From Candidatus Hodarchaeota archaeon (GTDB lineage Archaea; Asgardarchaeota; Lokiarchaeia; Sigyniarchaeales; SOKP01): a stretch of DNA of 64,000 nucleotides. A program made the position numbers and the translations under genes. Under the pieces are notes generated by a model. The model saw only the letters and a program-made list of their open reading frames with translations, was not told the origin of the DNA and ran no database searches. This document shows positions 10,433 to 20,352 of the stretch, piece by piece (the stretch's first letter is position 1; each line of letters starts with the position of its first letter). The DNA lies in assembly GCA_048886685.1 (NCBI GenBank), contig JBHLKM010000004.1:124342-188341 (forward strand), in the 5' to 3' direction.

Positions 10433-12232
10433 TTATGATAAAAACTTTAAACTTACAAGTTTAGATGGGAGGAATATTTTTTTTATAAAATCTACCAAAG
10501 TGAGATTACTTCTTTTTAGTTCATTTAAAGATATATACTCAATTGCTCCACTTTGGATGAAAATTTGATACTCTTCTTGTTTCTTAATCTTTTCTAATAC
10601 GTCAATTTTAGCATCTTTCCTAAAGTGAGTAGAGTTAGTATAATAAAAGATATCTCTACTAGATTGAGGTAGCGCAATTTTTGGAAAATGTTTTAAATCT
10701 AATTTCGCAAAACGGTATGGTGCTTTCTTTGAGATATTTTCACTTAAAATAAAGGATTTATCATGTATTTTAGAGAATTCTAAACATTTTTTATACATCT
10801 CACTTAAGATTTTTTTTCCCAGATTGAATGAGTTTGAATTTTCATGCAATTCAAAATCAGTTAGAAACTTAACAGCTTCATTTAATCCTATAAAACTAAT
10901 TGACATATGTTGTTCTTCTAAATTATAGAGTGATATATTATTGATTTTACCGCTACATAGCGGTAAATGTTTCGATTTTAACCTCTTTTTTATTATTTTA
11001 TATTTTTTTAATAATATCTGAGAAGATATTTTCATATTTGTATCGATTATCTCAAAGAAATTTGACTCATCTTTACTGGTATACGCAAATCGAGGAAGAT
11101 TTATACAAATTTCTTGAAGCATACCTGAATTAATAAGATTACTTGAATAAAACGACTCTGGATAATTATCATTTAAAGATTTAACATTTGAATTTATTAA
11201 AATAGGTGTTTTCATACTATCAATTTCATCACAAACATTCATAAAAGCTCCCTTATACTTATCTATCCAAAGGTTATTCACTAAAATCTCACGTATTGGG
11301 GATTTAAACGGATTTTTATTATTATCACCTTCTTTGAAGGTTAATGTCAGCGCGTTAAACAATCTTAGACACTCTTCATAATATTCTTCATAGAAATCCC
11401 TCGCTTTATTGGTGATAGGAACCTTTAAAAATGGTTCGAGAAAAGTAGGACTAGTTAACAATGAACTAGAAGAAATCGAACCACCCGTCATTACTGATAG
11501 ATGATTTAATTCGTAGATTAAGTCTTTCATTGCAAGAATTAACTCTGAATCACTCACTCCTTTAGCATAAGGTGATAAAAACATTGTTAAGTAATTATAT
11601 CCCTGGTTTCCACAAAACTCATTTTGAGTTAATGCTACCCATTTAACTAGATGACTAATTGCTTCTTTTAGAGTGCCTGCTGGTTTTAATTTACAGCAAG
11701 GGACAAAATTATTTATAGGGGGCAACCCATGTTCTAAAATTATGCGAGGATCCCACATCTGAGATAAAGGTCTTAAATCAAAATACCGTAACTTATGAAT
11801 ATGAAGATCGCCAGATAAATGAGCTGCTGATTCCTCACTCGATAAAATTCTTAAATGAGCATATTCTTCAGATATTCGATTTGCGGCCCAATTATGGATT
11901 TTTTCTGGATTAATTATTTTTTCTGGATGGTCTCCAAATCCTTTTTCAAGAATTTTTTCATAGTCCATTAACGGCATACCTATTCTCGTATATAACTTAC
12001 GTTCATTTTCAAAGTGTTGTTCAGAAAGTATAGAACAAACTATTTCTCTTATATGAGGTCCTGAGAGAAATTTTATTCCAGAACTAATAATCCTCCTAAC
12101 AACTAATTCTGTAATTTTGTTGGCATCAGCTTCGCTCATCCCAGTTTCTTTTATAATACTTTCAAGAATTCTTGAGGATTCAAATTCAGCAAAATCACCT
12201 TCGGTTCTAAAAACTTTTGGAAATAAGTCCAT
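10433..12232 (-). CDS. ATP-cone + class III ribonucleotide reductase (NrdD)-like barrel lacking the catalytic Cys loop and glycyl-radical domain
   Basis: ATP cone (FESSRILESIIKETG...LSGPHIREIV); AHLSGDLHIH; INLPRFA; SISFIGLNEAV; YYTNSTH. No MGCR loop, no C-terminal CxxC and no RxxGY. Confidence 0.8.
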   Translation of the reverse strand: MDLFPKVFRTEGDFAEFESSRILESIIKETGMSEADANKITELVVRRIISSGIKFLSGPHIREIVCSILSEQHFENERKLYTRIGMPLMDYEKILEKGFGDHPEKIINPEKIHNWAANRISEEYAHLRILSSEESAAHLSGDLHIHKLRYFDLRPLSQMWDPRIILEHGLPPINNFVPCCKLKPAGTLKEAISHLVKWVALTQNEFCGNQGYNYLTMFLSPYAKGVSDSELILAMKDLIYELNHLSVMTGGSISSSSLLTSPTFLEPFLKVPITNKARDFYEEYYEECLRLFNALTLTFKEGDNNKNPFKSPIREILVNNLWIDKYKGAFMNVCDEIDSMKTPILINSNVKSLNDNYPESFYSSNLINSGMLQEICINLPRFAYTSKDESNFFEIIDTNMKISSQILLKKYKIIKKRLKSKHLPLCSGKINNISLYNLEEQHMSISFIGLNEAVKFLTDFELHENSNSFNLGKKILSEMYKKCLEFSKIHDKSFILSENISKKAPYRFAKLDLKHFPKIALPQSSRDIFYYTNSTHFRKDAKIDVLEKIKKQEEYQIFIQSGAIEYISLNELKRSNLTLVDFIKKIFLPSKLVSLKFLS

Positions 12233-12489
12233 GGTTAGTCTTAAAGAAGTAATTTATATAATTTTAAAAAATATCTATTGAACTATTAAATTCAAGAGAT
12301 TTAAAAAATTAAATTATTAATAGGTTAAATGCGAGAATTATAGTTTATTTCATAAAAATATAAACAACTGTTTAAAAGGATAATTAAGCTTGCTATATTA
12401 TGAAATCCTTTAAAATCTCTATCAATTTATTTTTATAGAACTTCTATACTCTCTATGATTTATTTTATAAAGTTGCTAATGAGAAATAT

Positions 12490-13272
12490 ATGTCAAATTT
12501 ATACTCTGAAGCGTCTCTCCAAAATTTTTTTACTGAAATTTATTCCATATTGAAGGAAACTGATCCGAAAATAATTGAAATATGGTGTGAAATTTCAAAA
12601 ATTTCCTTTTTCAATGGATTGAGAAAAACAGAGTTATATAATTTCTTAGATAAGTTTGAATTTATATCTCTTAAAAAGGGAAATTATGTTTACTATATTG
12701 TAATTGATAAGGTTTTATTTATTATCAACTGTATCAAGTTCTTGAAGTATGATGTTGCACATCTTTCTGAAATATTGGATTATAACGGTTTTGAGTCATT
12801 AATAAAGGAAATTTTATCTAAAAATAATTTTCGGACAATTACGAATTTTAGATTTTCTGAAATTTCTAAACTATCATCAAATATTTCTCAGAAAAAATTT
12901 GAGATTGATGTTATTGGAATTTATTTAAACTATATTTTAATCATAGATGCAAAACAATGGAAGCGCAAAGATTCATATGGATCGCTTAATAAAGCAGCCA
13001 ATCTCCAATATAATCGGATTAGAGCATTGCAGCACAATGACGAAGCTTTTTCAAAGCTCATTAAAACAATTTTAGGTAAAGATCCTCAAGTGAAAAGGCA
13101 TTTACCGTTCATACTTATACCGGTTATGGTTACCCTTGAAGATAATAGCATAAAGTTAAATGAAAACCAGATACCACTCGTATCTATATATGAATTCAAT
13201 GTTTTTTTACAAGAGTTCCCAAATTATCTACATTACTTTAAATCAGTTCAAGTGAATAAAGTAGTACTATAA
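12490..13272 (+). CDS. PD-(D/E)xK nuclease-fold protein (Mrr/NERD-like)
   Basis: FESLIKEIL...FEIDVIG...IIDAKQWK. Confidence 0.7.
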   Translation: MSNLYSEASLQNFFTEIYSILKETDPKIIEIWCEISKISFFNGLRKTELYNFLDKFEFISLKKGNYVYYIVIDKVLFIINCIKFLKYDVAHLSEILDYNGFESLIKEILSKNNFRTITNFRFSEISKLSSNISQKKFEIDVIGIYLNYILIIDAKQWKRKDSYGSLNKAANLQYNRIRALQHNDEAFSKLIKTILGKDPQVKRHLPFILIPVMVTLEDNSIKLNENQIPLVSIYEFNVFLQEFPNYLHYFKSVQVNKVVL

Positions 13273-13313
13273 AAGAAAACTGAAAATTCTCACGTTAAAT
13301 TTTTAAAACAAAA

Positions 13314-14372
13314 TTATTCTTCTAAACCCAAATAGTATTTTATTTGTTTCTTTATTAGATTGATAGCAACGGAAATAATTCCACTTTTAACTTTGGGATG
13401 AGAAAATAGAATCAAAATCATATCTTTTAAACTTGGAGATTCACGATCGATAGGTGCTAAGTCTAATACCCCTTCACTTCCTTTTACACTTATAGATTTT
13501 AAAGCACCTGCGCTTAAACCATGAATAATATCCGAACCAATCATAGAAAGATTCACCCCTATCGTGCTAAATAAAGAATCTGACATCCTACTTGAAATTG
13601 CTGAAGCTAAGATTGTTCCATCTGTTTTGATAATCGCTGAAGCTTCTATTCGAGAGTCAAGCGTAATCAATTCGCGTAAAATTTCATTCATACTCGCAGG
13701 AGGGATCTTTTCTTCAGGTTTTTTTTCAATCTTAGACTCAACTACAGGTGATTCTAATTTCTTCACTGATATTTTCTTTGATAGAAAGCTTAGAACTTCA
13801 GTCATATCTTTTTCTAATCTTTTCTGTTTTGAAATAGAAACTTCAGTTTCTGGCCTCTTGGTAGGAATAGGAACTAATGTAGATTTTAGTTTTTCTTTCT
13901 CATCTTCAATAATTGATTGTTTAAGTTCTGAAAACGCATCAGAAATGGAATCTTGGGTGGTAACAGGAGGAGGTTGAAAGCCTTTTTTATCTGATATTAA
14001 TGAACTTTGAAATGGTTTTGGTGTAATTTCTTGAAGAACTTGGTTTTTATCTTGTTCAGATTTATCTTGAATTTCATTAAAAGAATCATCTTCACTAATT
14101 TCACTAGTTTCTGAGGGAATATCATCAAGATTTAATTCCATTTCTTTTGGAATTTCGTGTAATTCAATCTTTTCCTGGTCTTTTTCAACGGTTTCAATTG
14201 ATATTTCAATTTTTTCACTAGAAAACTCTTTATCAACTTTTTTCTCTGATTTCTTTTTTTTAGTTTTAACTCTAGAAGGTTTGGAAGAAATTGGCAGTAA
14301 AGCACCACATTTTCTACACGTACGACTTACTGCTTCGTTATTTGTGGTACCACAATTCTGGCAGATAATAAT
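13314..14372 (-). CDS. Zinc ribbon + low-complexity linker + roadblock/LC7 (MglB/LAMTOR-like) domain; probable ATT start at 14372 (ORF track starts at 14141)
   Basis: The open frame upstream of 14141 encodes IICQNCGTTN...TCRKCGALL with no canonical start, and GGAGG lies just upstream. C-terminus IEASAIIKTDGTILAS...LKSISVKGSEG is roadblock-like. Confidence 0.8.
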   Translation of the reverse strand: MIICQNCGTTNNEAVSRTCRKCGALLPISSKPSRVKTKKKKSEKKVDKEFSSEKIEISIETVEKDQEKIELHEIPKEMELNLDDIPSETSEISEDDSFNEIQDKSEQDKNQVLQEITPKPFQSSLISDKKGFQPPPVTTQDSISDAFSELKQSIIEDEKEKLKSTLVPIPTKRPETEVSISKQKRLEKDMTEVLSFLSKKISVKKLESPVVESKIEKKPEEKIPPASMNEILRELITLDSRIEASAIIKTDGTILASAISSRMSDSLFSTIGVNLSMIGSDIIHGLSAGALKSISVKGSEGVLDLAPIDRESPSLKDMILILFSHPKVKSGIISVAINLIKKQIKYYLGLEE

Positions 14373-14654
14373 AGTTTTATCTCTCCTCCATGAGTTTAAA
14401 TTACTAAAAAATTATTATAGGTGCTAATTTTCATAAAGTTTAGATATGAATCTTTATTTTATTTATATTAAATTAATGATTTTCTTGATTTTTAGTTTTT
14501 TGTTGTATAAATTACTAGTAAAAATTTGATTTTATTAATATTTATCATCTTAAATTAATGTTTTAATATATTCGCTGGATGTAAAGTTTGGGAGTTTAAT
14601 CTCACTAATGAAACCTACAATTTTGGAGAAATATAGTTAGATCAGTGGTTTTTA

Positions 14655-15629
14655 TTATCTATAAAGTATTTCTTTCATTATATTCGTAAACGTTTCAAAA
14701 TCCTCTTTTTGGAAAACTGGATCCTCCTTAAGTAGCAATAAATAATATGGAGTTGAATCTTTCTGTAATGAAATTTGCTTAAATATAAAATTTTTCCCAA
14801 ATCTTTGAACAATCATTCTATCCTCATATTTATTGTCCATAACGCCAGTAAATTGTATATTATCACTAAGGGTTAAAAAATAGGGCGTTGAGGCTGTCAG
14901 TAAATGCTTAGTCTCAGCATCTTTATAAAAAGAGCCAATTACAAGTGAATTATCATCAATAACTACTACACCAGCTGAATCGATTTTTTTGGCAAACTCG
15001 ATTATTGTTCTCTCAATAAGTTCTGATTTTGGATATAAGCTTAAAAGGATTTCCGACATTGCCTTAATTATGGATCCAAAATCATAAATAGATGTCTCAT
15101 AAAAGTATATTTCCTTATAATCAGTAGCACCTTTTACTTGCTCTTTTAAATCTATTGTAAGATTTTCCATTTCATTTAAAGCCCCTCTTCTTAAAGCGGG
15201 ATCATATTTGTGAAGAAAAACATAAATCGGGGGTTCAATCTCTAATTTGTTGAACTGTTCAATTACATCCTTAAAATAACTTATTGCTTCTGGTATTCTA
15301 GGTTTGTTTTGAATATCGATGACATAAATAGCAATTTCCGTACCATCGAAAAATTTTCCTGGATTCTTTAAATACGAGATTCTATAGCTAATTTGTCCAC
15401 CTAAATCCCATTCTGCAATTTCTTTTCCTAAAAAATCAAAAACTCTTCTTTGGGCACCTCTGGTTGGAGATAATACGGCTATTTTTGAAAATTCTCTTTG
15501 AAGTGAGAGAATAATACTTGTCTTTCCTGCATCGTCCAATCCCGTAAATAATAACTTTGATGGTTCCGGTTTCGGTTCCGGTTCTTCTTTTTTCAAATAC
15601 ATTATTGATTGTTTTAGATTTTTCTCCAA
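14655..15629 (-). CDS. Rag/Gtr-like small GTPase with C-terminal roadblock domain
   Basis: GLDDAGKTS, PTRG, WDLGGQ, HKYD; C-terminus GVVVIDDNSLVIGSF. Confidence 0.85.
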   Translation of the reverse strand: MEKNLKQSIMYLKKEEPEPKPEPSKLLFTGLDDAGKTSIILSLQREFSKIAVLSPTRGAQRRVFDFLGKEIAEWDLGGQISYRISYLKNPGKFFDGTEIAIYVIDIQNKPRIPEAISYFKDVIEQFNKLEIEPPIYVFLHKYDPALRRGALNEMENLTIDLKEQVKGATDYKEIYFYETSIYDFGSIIKAMSEILLSLYPKSELIERTIIEFAKKIDSAGVVVIDDNSLVIGSFYKDAETKHLLTASTPYFLTLSDNIQFTGVMDNKYEDRMIVQRFGKNFIFKQISLQKDSTPYYLLLLKEDPVFQKEDFETFTNIMKEILYR

Positions 15630-15725
15630 AGTTAAATTTCACCTTTACACATCTAGAAAGCAATTAATTAATATATATTCTTTTATAAGATAAAATATGA
15701 TCTTATCGCTTATTTAAATTTTGCT

Positions 15726-17081
15726 TTATAACTTATTTTTGATGAATAATTTCAGATCTTCATACTTATTAATTTCTACTGGATTCGAGAATTCCTTTTT
15801 ATTTTGAATAATCTCCAATGCTTTTGGTAATTCTGGTTTAACTTTTATTAATGAGATAATTTCATTAGGAAATTTAGCTGGATCAGCAGTTTCGAAAGTA
15901 ATAGATTTGATTTGACTTTGAGAAGGATTGTTATTACGGTAGATCTGAAGAGCTGCCCATCCGACGGCACCATGAGGTTCTATAATTTTCTCATATCTTC
16001 TATAAAATTGTACAATTGTTTCTCGTGTTAAATCATCACTTATGGAGTATGATGCTATATTAGCTCTAAGTTTTTCTAAATCTGGATTTCTTTGAATATT
16101 TCCATTTTCATCAATTTGTCCTCCATATAAATCAAATATACGGGCTAAATTACTAGGATTACCTACATTCATAGCAGAAGAGAGGCAATTTCTTGAGGGA
16201 ACGATTTTTGAATAAATTCCTGATTTTAGAAATTTTGGGAATTCATCATTCTCATTTACAGCAGAAATAAATTTATCAACTGGCAAGTCCATTTTAGATG
16301 CTATAAGTCCACCAGTAAGATTACCAAAATTACCTGAAGGTACTGAAAAAATCACTTTTTCATTTAGGTGTTGGATTATTCGTGAATAACTCCAAAAATA
16401 ATAAATGACTTGGGGGACAAGACGACCAATATTAATAGAATTTGCAGATGATAGGTTATAATCTTGTAAATCTTTATCTGCAAAAGCGGTTTTTATAATT
16501 TTCTGACAATCATCAAATTTCCCATTGATTCCTATTGCTATAACATTTTTTCCAAGAGTTATCATTTGTTTTCTTTGCAGTTCGCTGATTTCTTTTTTAG
16601 GATAGAGTACAATTACTTTAATTCTTGACATTTTATAGAATGCTTGCGCTACAGCGCCCCCCGTATCCCCAGAAGTTGCTGTTAATATTATTATTTCTTT
16701 TTTCTCAAGTGAAAGAAAATATTCCATGATTCTTGCTAAGATTCTTGCTCCAAAATCTTTGAAACTACAAGTAGGACCTTTACTTAGATGGCATAAATAG
16801 TCAGATTTTTCAATTGTCTCTAATCCAATTTCAAAATTCAAAGCACTTCGTATAATCTTTTTTAATGACTTTTCAGGTATTTGATCTTTTAAAATTTTTA
16901 ATAAAATCTCAAAAGCAATTTCTTGTAAACTTAAGTCTTTAAAACTAAATATTTTTCGATGATCTATTGTTGGAATCTTATTTAACATGTATAAACCCTT
17001 ATCTAAGGCTTGCCCTCTCAAAACAGCCGTTTTAAAGTCGACATCTGGAGTGTTGTAGTTTGTTGAATGGAATTTAATCAT
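15726..17081 (-). CDS. thrC: Threonine synthase (E. coli-like long type)
   Basis: GPTCSFKDFG (PLP Lys), ATSGDTG, SANSINIGRL, VPSGNFGN, EPHGAV, TADPAKF. Confidence 0.95.
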   Translation of the reverse strand: MIKFHSTNYNTPDVDFKTAVLRGQALDKGLYMLNKIPTIDHRKIFSFKDLSLQEIAFEILLKILKDQIPEKSLKKIIRSALNFEIGLETIEKSDYLCHLSKGPTCSFKDFGARILARIMEYFLSLEKKEIIILTATSGDTGGAVAQAFYKMSRIKVIVLYPKKEISELQRKQMITLGKNVIAIGINGKFDDCQKIIKTAFADKDLQDYNLSSANSINIGRLVPQVIYYFWSYSRIIQHLNEKVIFSVPSGNFGNLTGGLIASKMDLPVDKFISAVNENDEFPKFLKSGIYSKIVPSRNCLSSAMNVGNPSNLARIFDLYGGQIDENGNIQRNPDLEKLRANIASYSISDDLTRETIVQFYRRYEKIIEPHGAVGWAALQIYRNNNPSQSQIKSITFETADPAKFPNEIISLIKVKPELPKALEIIQNKKEFSNPVEINKYEDLKLFIKNKL

Positions 17082-17099
17082 AGTTGATATTGATTAATT

Positions 17100-17618
17100 T
17101 TATTTTAATAAATCATTAATTTTGTTGATTGCTTCTAATGGAGTATTTACACCATATATCATGTCATTTCTTCTATTATCTAACTTTTGATTAGCAATTT
17201 TAGAAGACCAACCCTGAACACTCGATAAAGCTACTAAAGGTTTATCATATATCCATGCGAAACAAATTTCAGATAAAGTTCCTGCTTTTCCACCAATAGC
17301 TAAACATATGTCACCTGTAAGTACGACAACAATATTTCTTGCTTGTGAAAACGGACATGGAATTACAAGATCTACATATTTGTTAGCTAAGCTTTTTTCT
17401 GTATGTGGAATAATTCCGACTGTAAAGCCTCCTTCTTCTTTGGCACCTTTACATACTGCTTCCATTACACCAGAAAGACCACCACAAGCCACAGCGTACT
17501 GGTTTTTTGCGATTAATCTCCCGATTTCTATGGTTTTATCCTCTATTTCTTTATCAATTTCACTTGCTCCTATAACAGAAATTACAGCTTTAAAGTTATT
17601 TTTATAATTTAAACTCAT
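17100..17618 (-). CDS. LOG/SLOG-family protein (TIGR00725-like)
   Basis: ISVIGA, CGGLSGVMEAVCKGA, ARN, GGKAGTLSE. Confidence 0.85.
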   Translation of the reverse strand: MSLNYKNNFKAVISVIGASEIDKEIEDKTIEIGRLIAKNQYAVACGGLSGVMEAVCKGAKEEGGFTVGIIPHTEKSLANKYVDLVIPCPFSQARNIVVVLTGDICLAIGGKAGTLSEICFAWIYDKPLVALSSVQGWSSKIANQKLDNRRNDMIYGVNTPLEAINKINDLLK

Positions 17619-17653
17619 AATATTGAATCTATATTTATTAAATTAAAAATATA

Positions 17654-18667
17654 TTACGTAATATATCCTCTTTTTATTGAAATATCTATTAAATCATTTA
17701 GTATAGCCGATGCGGCTTCAAAACCCCCAGCACCTCTCCCCATTAAGATTATTGGCCCTGCATATTTAGTTTCTAGTTCGACCACATTTAAATTTCCGCT
17801 AATATTAAGAGGAGAATACTTATCAATCAAACGTGGTTCTACAGATAATTCATTATTTTCTGCTATAGCCAGATGTTTAATGACAAAACCATCTGGTTTA
17901 ACTAATTCAATCGCATGAGGGGTTACCTTCGAAATACCTTCTACTTTAACATCCGTTATACTTTTTGACCATCCTAACAATTCGTTCGCTAATATAACTA
18001 ACTTTCCAGCAGCATCATAACCTTCAATATCTAAAGTAGGATCTGATTCAGCATATCCCAACTCCTGTGCTTCTTTTAAAGCTAAAGGAAAATTAACTCC
18101 TTCCGCAGTCATTCTGCTTAATATGAAATTGGAAGTGCCGTTTAATATTGCTTTTATGCTAAGAATTTCATTTCCAATTAAATCTTCTTTGATCTTTAAT
18201 GAAGGAACACAACTCGCAACAGTTGCTTCAAATTTTACGTAGCAATTATTCTGTTCAGCTAAATTCTTAATCTTTTTATATTCGAGATAAAATGGTCCTT
18301 TATTAGAAGAAATAACGTCTATATGGTTATTAAGAGCTTCAATAACATGAGACAAACCGGGTTCTCCTGTTTCCGGATTTGTAGGTGTGGTTTCTATACA
18401 AATATTTACATCTAATTTAGAGATTAAATCGATTGCTTTTAGATCACTTTTCCAATATGAAAGATTTCTAAAATCGTTGTCCGCATCCAAAACTTCTTTT
18501 AAATCAATTCCTTTTTTATTGATAAGTGCTCCATCGATTTCGAAAATTGAATTCACAATAACTTTTAAATTAAATTTCTGCTTTAAAAAATCTTTTTTTT
18601 GATATAATAATTGAATTAAACTAGTTCCAACCACCCCTTTCCCGATTAAACAGATTTTAACAGTCAT
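17654..18667 (-). CDS. hom: Homoserine dehydrogenase
   Basis: GKGVVG, SNKGP, FEATV, ILNGTSNFIL, AQELGYAESDPTLDIEGYDAAGK, GRGAG. Confidence 0.95.
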   Translation of the reverse strand: MTVKICLIGKGVVGTSLIQLLYQKKDFLKQKFNLKVIVNSIFEIDGALINKKGIDLKEVLDADNDFRNLSYWKSDLKAIDLISKLDVNICIETTPTNPETGEPGLSHVIEALNNHIDVISSNKGPFYLEYKKIKNLAEQNNCYVKFEATVASCVPSLKIKEDLIGNEILSIKAILNGTSNFILSRMTAEGVNFPLALKEAQELGYAESDPTLDIEGYDAAGKLVILANELLGWSKSITDVKVEGISKVTPHAIELVKPDGFVIKHLAIAENNELSVEPRLIDKYSPLNISGNLNVVELETKYAGPIILMGRGAGGFEAASAILNDLIDISIKRGYIT

Positions 18668-18766
18668 TGTTTTGATTAGAACAGATTTTAATTATTGTTT
18701 GGTTTTACAGAGAATTTAGTCGGTTTATTATCATTTGATTTATGATACATATTAAACTCATTCAAT

Positions 18767-19258
18767 TTAACTTGTAATTAAAAATAAATTCTTTTCTTCA
18801 CATATTTTTCTAAGTTCATTATTAAGTTCCTTTTTATTCATATATTCAGGGAATTCAATTCTTAACTTAACATTACTTACTTCTTCTAATTCTGTAAATT
18901 TAGCTTGTAATTCTAACACATTAATGTTTTTAGATGCTAATCTTTTAATTGTATCCATCACATCTGTATCAAATACATGTCCGGTTAAAATTATTGTGAT
19001 CAGTTTCTTCTCAATCCCATAATTTATGTTCTCTATTTGAATATTTTTTTCCTTTAACTCTTTTTTTATATTTTTTATGCTAACTTCTTGAATTTCCTTA
19101 CTCAATTCAAAAGTAACGTTTACAGGAATCATGTTATTTATTTTTCTATCATGGAAATGAAGGATACCATAAATATTTCCCCCATTATTAGAGATCGGTT
19201 TGATTAATTCAATTAAACTTCCAGGCGTGTCAGGTAATTTAACTTCTAAATTTATCAT
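18767..19258 (-). CDS. Tandem ACT-domain protein (archaeal allosteric regulator of homoserine dehydrogenase type)
   Basis: LPDTPGSL...ISNNGGNIYGILH; ILTGHVFDTD; lies directly upstream of hom. Confidence 0.85.
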   Translation of the reverse strand: MINLEVKLPDTPGSLIELIKPISNNGGNIYGILHFHDRKINNMIPVNVTFELSKEIQEVSIKNIKKELKEKNIQIENINYGIEKKLITIILTGHVFDTDVMDTIKRLASKNINVLELQAKFTELEEVSNVKLRIEFPEYMNKKELNNELRKICEEKNLFLITS

Positions 19259-19368
19259 AATTATTTTTCTATTTTCTGTAATTTTCTCTTGATATTCCTT
19301 GATTGGATCTTAAGAATTTAGGATTATTACGTTATTAGCAATTCTATTACTTATATTAACTAAAAATT

Positions 19369-20334
19369 TTAAAATCTAATTACATCAATAGACTCTTCTT
19401 TTCCATTATTTATCCTCAGAAGATTTGGATCTTTAATAATATTTCCTATAATATTAGCATTTAACCCATATTCTTGAAATGTTTCTATAATTTCTTCGCA
19501 GTTTATTTCAGGGGCAGTCAATAGAAATGAGGTAGTTAAATACATTTGAATATAGGTTTCTAAATTATATCCATTATCCTGTAATTTTGGGGGAATTTTA
19601 ATTTTTGATATATTCACATCTGCTCCTACATTTGAATAATTTATCATTTGAAATAGTGTTCCAAAAATTCCACCATTAGATATGTCTTTTGATGCATTGG
19701 CTAGATGTTTTTGCGCAATCATATTCATAGCTTTTCTCTTTCTTAAAACTTCTTCGGAACTTTTAAAAGTGGTAGTATCATAATATAGGTTGCTTGCTTT
19801 ACCCTTTTTTCCATCGAAATCAACTGCTAATATAATATTATCTCCTACTTGTGCATTTCCTGCAGAAATGTAATCTTCCTTTTTAATTTCACCAATCATT
19901 GTAGAACTTAACTCATAACATTTTCCATGGACGTTAGTATGTCCTCTAATAATCGGAACATTAAATTTCTGGGAACCCGCACATATTCCTTCAAGCAATT
20001 CTTTACAGATATCTGGTTCTTTCACTGAAATAATTATGCTTGCTGCTAATGGGACTCCCCCACATGCATAAATATCATCTACACTAACCAGAATTGAGCT
20101 AAAACCAGCACCAAATGGGAAATTTTCGATAAAAGTAGTTTTTATTCTATCTGTAGTAACCAGTATATATTTATCATCATCTTTTATAGTGGCAGCGTCT
20201 TCACCTATATCTGTGAATATATTTGCACTTTTAAACGAATTTTTGTCAATAAATTGAACTATAGGACTAATTTGTCGCTTTTCTAGAATGTATTGATTAT
20301 TTTTAATGCTATTAGCAATCTTTTTAAGTGTCAT
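19369..20334 (-). CDS. PurM/AIR-synthase-superfamily ATP-binding protein (ThiL/HypE/methanogenesis marker 2-like)
   Basis: GEDAA, VSVDDIYACGG, RGHT, AQVGD, KDISNGG. Confidence 0.8.
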   Translation of the reverse strand: MTLKKIANSIKNNQYILEKRQISPIVQFIDKNSFKSANIFTDIGEDAATIKDDDKYILVTTDRIKTTFIENFPFGAGFSSILVSVDDIYACGGVPLAASIIISVKEPDICKELLEGICAGSQKFNVPIIRGHTNVHGKCYELSSTMIGEIKKEDYISAGNAQVGDNIILAVDFDGKKGKASNLYYDTTTFKSSEEVLRKRKAMNMIAQKHLANASKDISNGGIFGTLFQMINYSNVGADVNISKIKIPPKLQDNGYNLETYIQMYLTTSFLLTAPEINCEEIIETFQEYGLNANIIGNIIKDPNLLRINNGKEESIDVIRF

Positions 20335-20352
20335 CTATGAATTTAATATGAA

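Noticed and set aside
10433-12232. Functional nrdD
   Set aside because: The thiyl-radical Cys loop and glycyl-radical motif are missing, so it is reported as a pseudo-enzyme.
12490-13272. Defence island around the Mrr/NERD-like nuclease
   Set aside because: It is a solitary gene with no DNA methylase, toxin-antitoxin or mobile-element neighbours.
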